NCBI GenBank assembly: GCA_036278915.1 | Contig: DASUKB010000004.1 | Coordinates: 9,441 to 73,440 of the forward strand | Reading direction: 5' to 3' | From: Patescibacteria group bacterium | GTDB taxonomy: Bacteria > Patescibacteriota > Doudnabacteria > UBA920 > O2-02-FULL-48-8 | Length of the DNA stretch: 64,000 nt | Shown here: positions 47,791-56,532 of the stretch, one piece after another | How positions within the stretch are numbered: the stretch's first letter is position 1 | Layout of the letters: each line of letters opens with the position of its first letter | Position numbers and translations under genes: made by a program | Notes under the pieces: model-generated | Database searches by the model: none | Told to the model about the DNA's origin: nothing | What the model saw: the letters and a program-made list of their open reading frames with translations, nothing else

Positions 47791-49197
47791 ATGACACGCA
47801 CATATATTTTGGATACGATTGGGAAAACAGGAGAAACAGTAAAGCTAAACGGCTGGGTGGCGGTCAGGCGCGACCACGGCAAACTTATCTTTTTGGATTT
47901 GCGCGACAGCACAGGTCTCATCCAGCTGGTGGTCAATCCCAAAGTTTCAGCCGAAGCGCATGCCGCGGCCAGTGACGTGCGCAACGAATACGTGCTTGAA
48001 GTAGAAGGCAAGGTCAACCCTCGCATGGAAAATCAAATCAACTCCCAACTGCCCACCGGCAAAATTGAACTAGAGGTGACCAAACTCACGATCTTAAATA
48101 AATCCGAACCGTTGCCGTTTACAGTGGACACCGACGGCTACGAAATCAGCGAAGAAGTCCGGATGAAGTATCGGTACTTGGACTTGCGCCGCCAAAGACT
48201 TAACAATGATCTCAAAAGCCGCCACAAGGTGATTAAATTTATACGCGATTTCCTTTCCGAGCGCGGCTTTACCGAAGTAGAAACCCCCGACCTTTCCAAA
48301 TCCACGCCCGAAGGCGCGCGAGACTATTTAGTGCCTGCCAGACTGCATCCGGGAACTTTTTATGCCCTGCCGCAAAGTCCGCAGCAATACAAACAGCTGC
48401 TCATGGTCGCGGGCTTGGAAAAATATTTTCAAATTGCGCGCTGCTTCCGCGACGAAGACACGCGCGGCGACCGCCAGCCGGAATTCACGCAATTGGATTT
48501 GGAAGCAAGCTTCGTGACGCAGGAGGACATCCTGGCTCTCAACGAAAAATTACTCATAGACATTGTTACCAATCTCTACCCTAACAAAAAAATCCAGGAA
48601 CTACCCTTCCCCCGCCTGACGTACAAAGAGGCTATGGAAAAATACGGCACCGACCGGCCCGACCTGCGAAAAGACAAAAACGATCCGGAACTTTTGGCCT
48701 TCTGCTGGATTTTGGATTTCCCATTCTTTGAAAAAGAAGATGAGGGTGGGTGGACTTTCACTCACAACCCATTCTCCGCGCCAAAGCCGGAATTCTTGGA
48801 CGACCTGCTCCAGCAGAAAAATATAGGCGAGATCCTGACCACACAGTACGACGTGGCGCTCAACGGATTTGAAATCGGCGGCGGGTCCATACGCAATCAC
48901 CGGCCCGAAGCGCTGAAGGCTGTGTTTAGTATTATGGGTTTTGAGGACGAGAGAATTGAAAAAGACTTCGGACACATGCTGCAGGCGCTCTCGTACGGCG
49001 CGCCACCGCACGGCGGCATTGCCTGGGGTTTGGACCGGCTGGTGACGATTCTTCAAGGTGAACCAAACATCCGCGAAGTTATCGCCTTCCCCAAAACCGG
49101 CGACGGCCGAGATCTTATGATGGACGGTCCCGCCCCCGCCACCGACAAGCAGCTCAAAGAACTGCATATAAAAGTAGAGATTCCTAAAAAGAAGTAA
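47791..49197 (+). CDS. aspS: aspartate--tRNA ligase, short form without GAD insertion
   Basis: Class II motifs FRDED, QLD, GGGSIR; N-terminal OB fold; 468 aa. Confidence 0.85.
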   Translation: MTRTYILDTIGKTGETVKLNGWVAVRRDHGKLIFLDLRDSTGLIQLVVNPKVSAEAHAAASDVRNEYVLEVEGKVNPRMENQINSQLPTGKIELEVTKLTILNKSEPLPFTVDTDGYEISEEVRMKYRYLDLRRQRLNNDLKSRHKVIKFIRDFLSERGFTEVETPDLSKSTPEGARDYLVPARLHPGTFYALPQSPQQYKQLLMVAGLEKYFQIARCFRDEDTRGDRQPEFTQLDLEASFVTQEDILALNEKLLIDIVTNLYPNKKIQELPFPRLTYKEAMEKYGTDRPDLRKDKNDPELLAFCWILDFPFFEKEDEGGWTFTHNPFSAPKPEFLDDLLQQKNIGEILTTQYDVALNGFEIGGGSIRNHRPEALKAVFSIMGFEDERIEKDFGHMLQALSYGAPPHGGIAWGLDRLVTILQGEPNIREVIAFPKTGDGRDLMMDGPAPATDKQLKELHIKVEIPKKK

Positions 49198-49198
49198 C

Positions 49199-49263
49199 AA
49201 CTCCCCCAACCCCCTCTTTAGTCAAAGAGGGGGTGATCGAACGCCAGTTCGATCGGGGGAGTT
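49199..49263 (+). repeat. GC-rich structured element: 9-bp outer stem enclosing two hairpins (CCCCCTCTTT-agtc-AAAGAGGGGG and gatcgaac-gcca-gttcgatc)
   Basis: aactccccc...gggggagtt closing stem; directly after aspS stop. Confidence 0.55.
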
Positions 49264-49283
49264 CTGAATGAGTTGATACAATC

Positions 49284-49301
49284 GTCGACTCATGAGTCGA
49301 C
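49284..49301. promoter_or_regulatory. 18-bp perfect palindrome GTCGACTCATGAGTCGAC, candidate operator 10 nt upstream of the small AbrB-like ORF
   Basis: perfect dyad symmetry. Confidence 0.45.
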
Positions 49302-49311
49302 TCAAACTTAA

Positions 49312-49503
49312 ATGAAACACAAAGCAAGCAGATTGAGCAAAGTAGGAAGGAGCGCAACAGGAGTCATAATACCTGCCGTCATTTTAGGCGAGCTTGGTTG
49401 GCACAAACGACAACTCGTGTTGGTCAAAAAAGTCCCCCGCGGGATTCTCATAATTGATGCAATTACAAAACATGATCACAAAAAATCTAGAAAAAATTCT
49501 TAA
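49312..49503 (+). CDS. AbrB/MazE/SpoVT-like small DNA-binding protein (63 aa)
   Basis: KVGRSATGVIIPAVILGELGW...RGILIID resembles swapped-hairpin AbrB/MazE fold; palindrome upstream. Confidence 0.4.
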   Translation: MKHKASRLSKVGRSATGVIIPAVILGELGWHKRQLVLVKKVPRGILIIDAITKHDHKKSRKNS

Positions 49504-49933
49504 ATCCAATAAAATCAAATACGAGATCGTGGAGCATCGGAAAGTCTACACGGCTTTTGATGCGGCTGAAACGCAAGATCTCAAACTGACCGAAGTCGTG
49601 AAGGCTGTGTTGTTGAAAGGAAAAAAGGGTTTGTATTTGGCTGTATTGCCTGCTGGTAATAATTGCGATTTCAAATCCTTGGGCAAATTAACTGGCGATA
49701 GAGTTTCCATGGCCAAAGAGGCGGATATCAAAAACAAGCTAAAAACCAAAATTGGTCTTATCGCGCCGTTCGGCTCGCTTTATAAATTGCCCGTTTACAT
49801 AGACAAAAAACTTCTCAAAAATAAAAAGCTGAACATCCCCGCAGGGTCCTACACGGAATCAGTGATTATGAACACGAAAGATTATGTTAATTTAGAAAAT
49901 CCAGTGCAAGGGAATTTTTCAGTTAGGAAGTAA
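49472..49933 (+). CDS. YbaK/ProX-family aminoacyl-tRNA deacylase (ORF-track start 49454)
   Basis: IKYEIVEHRKVYTAFDAAET...KAVLLKGKKG...GLIAPFG YbaK-like conserved positions. Confidence 0.55.
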   Translation: MITKNLEKILKSNKIKYEIVEHRKVYTAFDAAETQDLKLTEVVKAVLLKGKKGLYLAVLPAGNNCDFKSLGKLTGDRVSMAKEADIKNKLKTKIGLIAPFGSLYKLPVYIDKKLLKNKKLNIPAGSYTESVIMNTKDYVNLENPVQGNFSVRK

Positions 49934-49943
49934 CCCCTCCCAA

Positions 49944-50021
49944 CCTCCCCTTATCCTAAGGGGAGGAGTAAACCGAACCAGGTTGCAGCTTGGTTTTACC
50001 CCCTCTTAGAATAAGAGGGGG
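49944..50021 (+). repeat. second copy of the GC-rich hairpin module (cctcccctta-tcc-taaggggagg and ccccctctt-agaat-aagaggggg)
   Basis: second hairpin near-identical to that at 49210..49233. Confidence 0.55.
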
Positions 50022-50062
50022 TGCATAACACAAGGATTATCGGGAGAGTTAGAAACAAGTCT

Positions 50063-50764
50063 ATGCGCATCAAATTAGAACAACATCAATTCGAGGGGCC
50101 GTTGGATCTGCTGCTACAGCTTATAGAAGACCAGCAGATGGACATCACTGCCCTGGCACTGTCCGAAGTCACGGAGCAGTTTTTAAATTACGTCCGGTCA
50201 TTGCAGGAAAAAAACCCCACCAACCTGGCTGACTTTCTTATCATCGCGGCCAAGCTTTTGGTCATCAAATCCAAAGCCCTGCTGCCAAACCTGGATTTGG
50301 GCGCGGATGAGGAAGAGGCGGCGTTTGATCTGACCGCGCAGCTGCTCACCTACAAAAAATTCCGCGAAGTGGCGAAGTTTTTGAAAAATTTGGAAGCGCG
50401 AAGAAAACAGTCCTGGAGCCGCGAAACCGAATTTACCGATCGCGTAACCTTTTTGCCTGATCCGGAAGTAACCGTAGACGTTTTAGCGGGAACTTTAGGT
50501 AAACTCGCCACGGAACTTAAAGAAATCGTCAAACTGCCGGAAAAAGTTTTGGAAAAAGTCGTTTCCATAACCGAAAAAATCAACCACATCCAGGCGCTTA
50601 TCGGGCAAAAGGTAGAAACCAGGCTTTCCGAACTTCTAAAAGACGCAAGCGGCAAAACGGACGTCATCGTGACTTTCCTGGCGCTATTGGAACTGACCAA
50701 ACAGCGCATTCTCTCGCTTGACCAGGAAGAAAAATTCGCAGATATAATTATTAAGAAAAATTGA
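50063..50764 (+). CDS. scpA: segregation and condensation protein A (start at MRIKLEQ, 50063)
   Basis: FEGPLDLLLQLIEDQQMDITALALSEVTEQFL ScpA N-terminal signature. Confidence 0.8.
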   Translation: MRIKLEQHQFEGPLDLLLQLIEDQQMDITALALSEVTEQFLNYVRSLQEKNPTNLADFLIIAAKLLVIKSKALLPNLDLGADEEEAAFDLTAQLLTYKKFREVAKFLKNLEARRKQSWSRETEFTDRVTFLPDPEVTVDVLAGTLGKLATELKEIVKLPEKVLEKVVSITEKINHIQALIGQKVETRLSELLKDASGKTDVIVTFLALLELTKQRILSLDQEEKFADIIIKKN

Positions 50765-50835
50765 CCTAATTACTAATTGATCTAATTTCTAAACTTTAGG
50801 TCAATCAGAAATTAGTAATTAGGAATTTTTACTTT

Positions 50836-51381
50836 ATGGATCTCAATAAACTTAAGTCGCAAATTCTCTCCATTTTATTTGTAGCCAGCAAGCCGGTAAG
50901 CATTAAAGAGCTTACGGAAACTTTCGGCATGTCCGAATCCGACATCAAGGAAGCCGTGGAAGAAATCGTTTCGGAAAACGACACGTCGGGTATAATTCTC
51001 CTGGCGCACAACGACCGGCTGCAGCTTGCTTCCAATCCGGAAAACAGCAGCCAGGTCAAAAAATTCCTGTCTTTGGAGCTGCGGGAGAAGCTCACGGAAG
51101 CAGCGCTTGAGACTCTGGCGATAATTCTCTACAAACAGCCGGTGTCGCGCGCGGAAATAGAAAACATCCGCGGCGTCAACTCGCAGTATAGCATCCGGCA
51201 GCTGCTCATACGCGGACTTATAGAAAAAAGTTCGTCGGCCCAAGACCGGCGCGTGCAGAATTACCAGACGACTCATGAATTTATGCAGACGCTAGGCATC
51301 ACAGATATGCGCAAACTCCCTGATTTTGAAACGCTCACTCAAAATATCCAGCTGCCGGAAAACAAACCGGACCAATCCTAA
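50836..51381 (+). CDS. scpB: segregation and condensation protein B
   Basis: ILFVASKPVSIKELTE... tandem winged-helix ScpB pattern. Confidence 0.8.
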   Translation: MDLNKLKSQILSILFVASKPVSIKELTETFGMSESDIKEAVEEIVSENDTSGIILLAHNDRLQLASNPENSSQVKKFLSLELREKLTEAALETLAIILYKQPVSRAEIENIRGVNSQYSIRQLLIRGLIEKSSSAQDRRVQNYQTTHEFMQTLGITDMRKLPDFETLTQNIQLPENKPDQS

Positions 51382-51832
51382 GCGTACTGCTCCCGCAAAC
51401 GGAACAGCTGAATGCGCGCCACCTGTTCAATCGCTGCGTCATGGTATGTGCGCAAAACCTGCTGAATCCATTGCTCATAAAGCCGAAAGGCTTTTTTGCT
51501 TGTAACCTGCGAGGCCCGTTGCGCTATTTCGTATAACACAAGTAGGTTTTTCATTTTTAGAGTCCAATGCTTTTGGCTCGCAAACCGCGAAATTTTTTGG
51601 TAAATTTAGAGAAATCCACCCAACTGGGTTTTATGTCGGACAAGCGGAAAATCTGCGTTTCTAGAGCAGCCTTCGCCTCTTTTTCACGTTTGAGGCGGAA
51701 TCTTTTTCCCGATTTAGATTTCATAAGCCATCATTCCCTTCACAAGGAATAATACCTGCTTATGATTGCAAATTTAATAGGATAAACGCACAAAGTTTGG
51801 TTTCAAATCAAGCCGGAATTGGTTCAAATCTG

Positions 51833-53083
51833 CTAAACGGCATGGACAGCAGATTTCTCCAGGTATAGCACGCGATTTAAGATAAGCGCGACTTTAAGTT
51901 CCATGGCATCGTTGAATTTGCGCGGATCAAGTCCTGTGACTTTTTTAATCTTATCGAGCCGGTACAAAAGCGTGTTGCGGTGGATTTTGAGCTCTTTTGA
52001 GGTTTGCGTCAGGCTCATATTTTTATCAAAGAAGACTTCCACTGTCTGAAGCAGGTACTCTTCGGCCAAAAGCTTCATGAGGAGCCGGCGGACGAAATTG
52101 TCCTGCCATTTTTTGTTGCCGCCGGCCAGAGTGGCAATCATCCCTAAATCATCGATATGGTACATCGTGCGCGCCTCGCCCATAGACAAGCCCAGATTCA
52201 GCGCGCGGCGAGCTTCTTCGTAGGCCAGCATCACGCCTTCTTTACCGCGGTAAAAACTGCCAATTGCGATGAGCAATTTTGAAAATTCGGCTCCGAGATG
52301 TTCTTTGATGATTTTTTGGAATTCATCGGAACGGCTGCGGATGGCATCCACCATTTCACGGCCGTCCATACTGTAGAGTTCGTCCACCAGCACCACGAAC
52401 GTGTCCGAGCCGAAATACGCAACACTGCAGCCGGAGAGTCTGCCGAAAAATTGCGACAGCGACAAAAATAGCTTCTTTTTGTATGCGGAAAGTGCGGTTT
52501 GCTTTTCGTCTTCCGACGCGGAAAGTTTGTCGCCGAAAAGTGTACTCCAAAAATTTTCGATGGTTATTATAAGCACAACTTTGTCGCGGTTTAGGTTGAG
52601 GTCAAACAAATCCGCTTCTTCCCGAACTTTGTTATCTTCCATGGCAAGTCTCCGGTGGAGCAAGCCGAAAATGAAATTATCCTTGATCTTGTCTTTGTAG
52701 GGAAAGTGGTCCACGACCATGCTCTGATGAATGAGAAGTTCAAGCGTAGTCGTAAGGATCTGACGGTAATGCTGATAATTTTCTGGCTTATCTTCCACGA
52801 ACAAGGCGCCCACAACCTCATCGCTGTAATTAATTGGTATAACGACGCCTTCTCCCAAGGAAGTCTTGGTGGCGGGCCCAGCGCTTTCCAGTTCCTTTTT
52901 GGCATCCACAGCCTGGCGGAATTGTTCGTAATTTTTACCGGTTTCCGACAAGTCGGATGAGGCCAAAACATCACCTCGGCTGTTGGAAACAGTAATTTTC
53001 TTTTTGAGCATAGACGAAAGCTTATTGACTATGTTTTCGGCTATAATTTCGCCAAGTTCCATTTGTTTCTCCGTTCTTCCCAA
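51833..53083 (-). CDS. CdaR/PucR-family transcriptional regulator
   Basis: C-terminal HTH TQTSKELKIHRNTLLYRLDKIKKVTGLDPRKFNDAMEL typical of PucR C-terminal domain. Confidence 0.65.
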   Translation of the reverse strand: MGRTEKQMELGEIIAENIVNKLSSMLKKKITVSNSRGDVLASSDLSETGKNYEQFRQAVDAKKELESAGPATKTSLGEGVVIPINYSDEVVGALFVEDKPENYQHYRQILTTTLELLIHQSMVVDHFPYKDKIKDNFIFGLLHRRLAMEDNKVREEADLFDLNLNRDKVVLIITIENFWSTLFGDKLSASEDEKQTALSAYKKKLFLSLSQFFGRLSGCSVAYFGSDTFVVLVDELYSMDGREMVDAIRSRSDEFQKIIKEHLGAEFSKLLIAIGSFYRGKEGVMLAYEEARRALNLGLSMGEARTMYHIDDLGMIATLAGGNKKWQDNFVRRLLMKLLAEEYLLQTVEVFFDKNMSLTQTSKELKIHRNTLLYRLDKIKKVTGLDPRKFNDAMELKVALILNRVLYLEKSAVHAV

Positions 53084-53192
53084 TTGGGATTGTTTAATTA
53101 GCTAATCAATATATATCAAATATACAATAAGCATTAAATAAATCAAGCCCTGAGTTAGAGTTTTCAACAGTTTTTTGGTTATTTTGTACAAA

Positions 53193-53222
53193 ATAAAACT
53201 AGACATTTGTCTAGTTTTTGTA
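53193..53222. terminator. bidirectional intrinsic terminator (11-bp perfect stem)
   Basis: aaaactagaca-tt-tgtctagttttt. Confidence 0.55.
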
Positions 53223-53253
53223 TTTCTTACGACTTTTTAGGACTTATCTACAG

Positions 53254-54255
53254 CTAAAGTTGTCCTGAAAATAGTTTTTTGGCTTCATTCCACATTCCCC
53301 AGTCGTTATTTTTCTTGGCCATCCAATACCACCATTCCACACCCCACAAATAGTGCGTACCAACTCCGGTGCTTTCGGCGTATTTAATATTTTGATCAAA
53401 GACTTTGGGGTTCATAAGCGCATCCTGCACATCCAAAGGCGTATTGAGCGCCCCATCTGTAAACCACGGCTCCATCTGCAACTCTACGTCTTCCACCTGC
53501 TTGGTATGCGTAAATGTCTGTAAAATCCCCGCACGGACGCGATAAAACGCCGCTGGCAGTGGATATTTATAGTACCCGCCGTATTTTTGGTCATAAGAAA
53601 CGCGGTAAAGCGTAAAGCCCAGAATATCCGCGCCGGAATTGGCCGCTGGGATCCAGCCGCCACGGTCGCCCGAGTCTGTGACCACCACCGGTCTGGAATC
53701 CAGAGACTTTACGAGCGCCACTTCTTTGTCCAACAGATCACTTGATTCCGTGGGGCAGTCCGGACCAAAGCCAAAGTACGGTTCGTTCTCCACCTGCCAG
53801 GCTGTAACCGCCGGGAAAGATTTGAAATGCTCAATCTCTGTTTGGACAAAATCCAGCACTGCGGCGTCTTGATCTCCTTTGGATAACGAATTATACCAGG
53901 ACGGCACGTGGCATTCGGGCCAGCGCGGCTGTTTGAGCCCCACCACAAGCAAGACCTGGACATTTTGCTTTGCGGATTCCTCAAGCATCTGGTCCGGGAT
54001 ATTGAAGTTAAATTGTCCTGGTTGCGGCTCTGCATCCTCCCAGTAAGTCATAAGGCGCAAATTTTTTGGTTTTAAATCCGAAAGCATGTCCAAAAACATA
54101 GTCTTCCAGTCAAATCCCAAGCCTTCGGCTTCTTGGTACGAAAAAGTCAGGCCCCAAGTCTGGCTTTGCGCGGGCTTGAACCGGAAATAAAAAAAACCGC
54201 AAGCTATGATGAGCAGTAAAATAATAATTCCCAAAATTTTCCAGAATAATTTCAT
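53254..54255 (-). CDS. membrane-anchored TIM-barrel glycoside hydrolase (clan GH-A, GH5-like)
   Basis: N-terminal TM; WQVENEP motif (acid/base Glu in NEP). Confidence 0.45.
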   Translation of the reverse strand: MKLFWKILGIIILLLIIACGFFYFRFKPAQSQTWGLTFSYQEAEGLGFDWKTMFLDMLSDLKPKNLRLMTYWEDAEPQPGQFNFNIPDQMLEESAKQNVQVLLVVGLKQPRWPECHVPSWYNSLSKGDQDAAVLDFVQTEIEHFKSFPAVTAWQVENEPYFGFGPDCPTESSDLLDKEVALVKSLDSRPVVVTDSGDRGGWIPAANSGADILGFTLYRVSYDQKYGGYYKYPLPAAFYRVRAGILQTFTHTKQVEDVELQMEPWFTDGALNTPLDVQDALMNPKVFDQNIKYAESTGVGTHYLWGVEWWYWMAKKNNDWGMWNEAKKLFSGQL

Positions 54256-54258
54256 GAA

Positions 54259-55155
54259 TTACTTAGTGAGCAAAAACAAACCGATGCTTATGGCCGCAAT
54301 TGCCGATGCCTTGAGGATTACAGTTTCGGTATTAATGCGCTCCTTGAGAACTTTGGGATAATAGATGGACAAAAATGTCGTGAGAATCAGCAAAAAAACG
54401 AATTGCATGCCCTGGAGGGCGTTGACCACGGTCACGCTTCCAAGCTTAACCGCATATTTTTGCAGATATCCCCCTATAGTGCCTGTGGCGCGGGATGAAT
54501 AATACAGCGCCACATTTTTTTTGCCTGCTTCTTTGGGTGCGTTAAATATAGCTTTGCGGTTGCTCTTAAACGGCAGGATAAACGCCAAGGGAATCACAAA
54601 TCCCACTGATGGCCAGACCAAACCGGTGATGTAATTACTGTGGTTGAAAGTATACTTGGTAAGTACCGAAGTCAGGGCAAAAAACAGCGCTGAAAGCGAA
54701 GCATACCAAAGTGAGCTTGGCGCCCAGCCGCTGCTGCTTCTCCGGAAAGATATGAGCACCGCGCCAAACACCAGCAGCACAAATCCGAAACTTTGCAAAA
54801 TCCCCAGCCGTTCGCTAAGTATAAAATACGACAGGATAAACGTAAACAAAGGCCCAAGGCCAGCTTGTATAGGCACTACGCGCGATACGGAAGCCTTGCC
54901 AATGGCCGACCACGAAAAATAAATGCCGATAATAAACGCGATGCCCGCCGAGAGCGCCACCAGCATGTCCGGCAGATTCAAAATTTTGCCGCCAAACGGC
55001 AAAAGCAATAAGGAAAATGGCCCGGTGACCGCGGTGTAGAACGCGTAAGCCACTGGCGCGCGCACCACTTTGGACACCAAAAATTTATCGGCCACGCTGC
55101 TGAAAGCCAGCAAGAAATATCCGGACAAACCTACCAACAAATAACTGATTCCCAT
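54259..55155 (-). CDS. EamA/DMT-superfamily transporter
   Basis: 10 TM helices in two 5-TM repeats. Confidence 0.65.
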   Translation of the reverse strand: MGISYLLVGLSGYFLLAFSSVADKFLVSKVVRAPVAYAFYTAVTGPFSLLLLPFGGKILNLPDMLVALSAGIAFIIGIYFSWSAIGKASVSRVVPIQAGLGPLFTFILSYFILSERLGILQSFGFVLLVFGAVLISFRRSSSGWAPSSLWYASLSALFFALTSVLTKYTFNHSNYITGLVWPSVGFVIPLAFILPFKSNRKAIFNAPKEAGKKNVALYYSSRATGTIGGYLQKYAVKLGSVTVVNALQGMQFVFLLILTTFLSIYYPKVLKERINTETVILKASAIAAISIGLFLLTK

Positions 55156-55167
55156 TTTGTTTAGATC

Positions 55168-56400
55168 TTAATTTTTAACTACTTCTTTTTGATTTAACAG
55201 TTCGTGGAATACGTTCGCGCTCCTCCGCACCTTGCGTTCCAGAGTTTCGCGGTTTACTTCCACCAGACCAAACAGCGGCCCGTAGCCATCGGCCCATTCG
55301 TAATTGTCTATAAGCGACCAGTAGAAATAGCCGCGCACATCGGAGCCTTCGGAAATGGCTTTGGCTGTCCAGCGCAGATGCTCGAGGATAAATTCGCTGC
55401 GCATATCATCGCGGGCGTTGGCTATGCCGTTCTCGGTAATGTAAATGGGCTTGCGGTATTTTTTGAGATCCCGGAGTACGTGGTAGATGCCTTCCGGGAA
55501 AGTCCGCCAGCCCATGTCGGACTTTTGGTTTTCCAGGGGGCCGCCTGGCTGATTTACAAAATTTTTGTTTAGGTCCACAAACCCGCCCGGAAAACTCAAT
55601 TTCATGAGCTTGTAAAAATAATAATTGAGCCCAATGAAGTCGAGCTTGTTGTTGATGCGGTCCAAAAAATAATGGTTGCTGATTTGCTTGGAAATCCAAA
55701 CTAAGGCCCGATCAAACGGACTTCCTTTGTGGTATGGCTCGTAATACATATTGTTCTTGGCCAAACCAACTTGGGCTTTAGGCAAAACCTGCTTGATAGC
55801 GTCGTAGGCTTTTTTATGCGCTGCCGCGAGATGGCTTAGCACCCGTAACAACAAAATATAATTGCTTTTAAACGGCGGCCACTTGCCCTGATTGTAGGAT
55901 TGGCCAACATAAACTTCCGGCTCGTTGATAGTGCACCATAAGTCAATTTCGTCACCAAGGTTGTTTGCCACAAACCAGGCGTAGCGCGCAAACGCTTCTA
56001 TGATCTGCGGATTTTCGAATCCGCCTTTTTCCGCCACCCACGCCGGAAGCGAGAAATGCCAGAGCGTCACCATGCGCTTAAGGCCCTGTTTCTTCATTGC
56101 CTGCAGGACTTTGCGGTAATGTTCCACTTCGCGCGTTTCAAACTGGCCCTCGGCCGGCTCGATGCGCGCCCACTCAATAGAAATGCGGAAAGCGTTCAGA
56201 CCCAGACCGTGAGCAATCTCAAAATCCTCTTCGTATTTGTGGTAATGATCACAGGCCAACCCGGATTTGGGCACTAGACCTTTTTGTTCGGCTGCCCACC
56301 AGTCGGAATTGATATTGTCGCCTTCCACTTGGTGGGCGGACGTGGCCGCGCCCAGAAGGAACCCTGGGGGAAGTGGAATATTTGCATTGGTTTCAGTCAT
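55168..56400 (-). CDS. glycoside hydrolase family 1 beta-glucosidase
   Basis: LLGAATSAHQVEGDN N-terminal signature, TINEP acid/base, YITENGIA nucleophile. Confidence 0.85.
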   Translation of the reverse strand: MTETNANIPLPPGFLLGAATSAHQVEGDNINSDWWAAEQKGLVPKSGLACDHYHKYEEDFEIAHGLGLNAFRISIEWARIEPAEGQFETREVEHYRKVLQAMKKQGLKRMVTLWHFSLPAWVAEKGGFENPQIIEAFARYAWFVANNLGDEIDLWCTINEPEVYVGQSYNQGKWPPFKSNYILLLRVLSHLAAAHKKAYDAIKQVLPKAQVGLAKNNMYYEPYHKGSPFDRALVWISKQISNHYFLDRINNKLDFIGLNYYFYKLMKLSFPGGFVDLNKNFVNQPGGPLENQKSDMGWRTFPEGIYHVLRDLKKYRKPIYITENGIANARDDMRSEFILEHLRWTAKAISEGSDVRGYFYWSLIDNYEWADGYGPLFGLVEVNRETLERKVRRSANVFHELLNQKEVVKN

Positions 56401-56532
56401 CTAGGTCTGGGATACTTTTGGTTATAATGTCTAAATTAATTATACTGAATTCCGCAAAAATTATCCAATTCTGATGATGTCACAAAATTGCCGCAGTGTT
56501 TAGAATACGGATGTAACCGATAAGTAAACTCT

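Noticed and set aside
50021-50062. ORF-track start of scpA at 50021
   Set aside because: It overlaps the GC-rich hairpin repeat. The conserved ScpA N-terminus begins at Met 50063.
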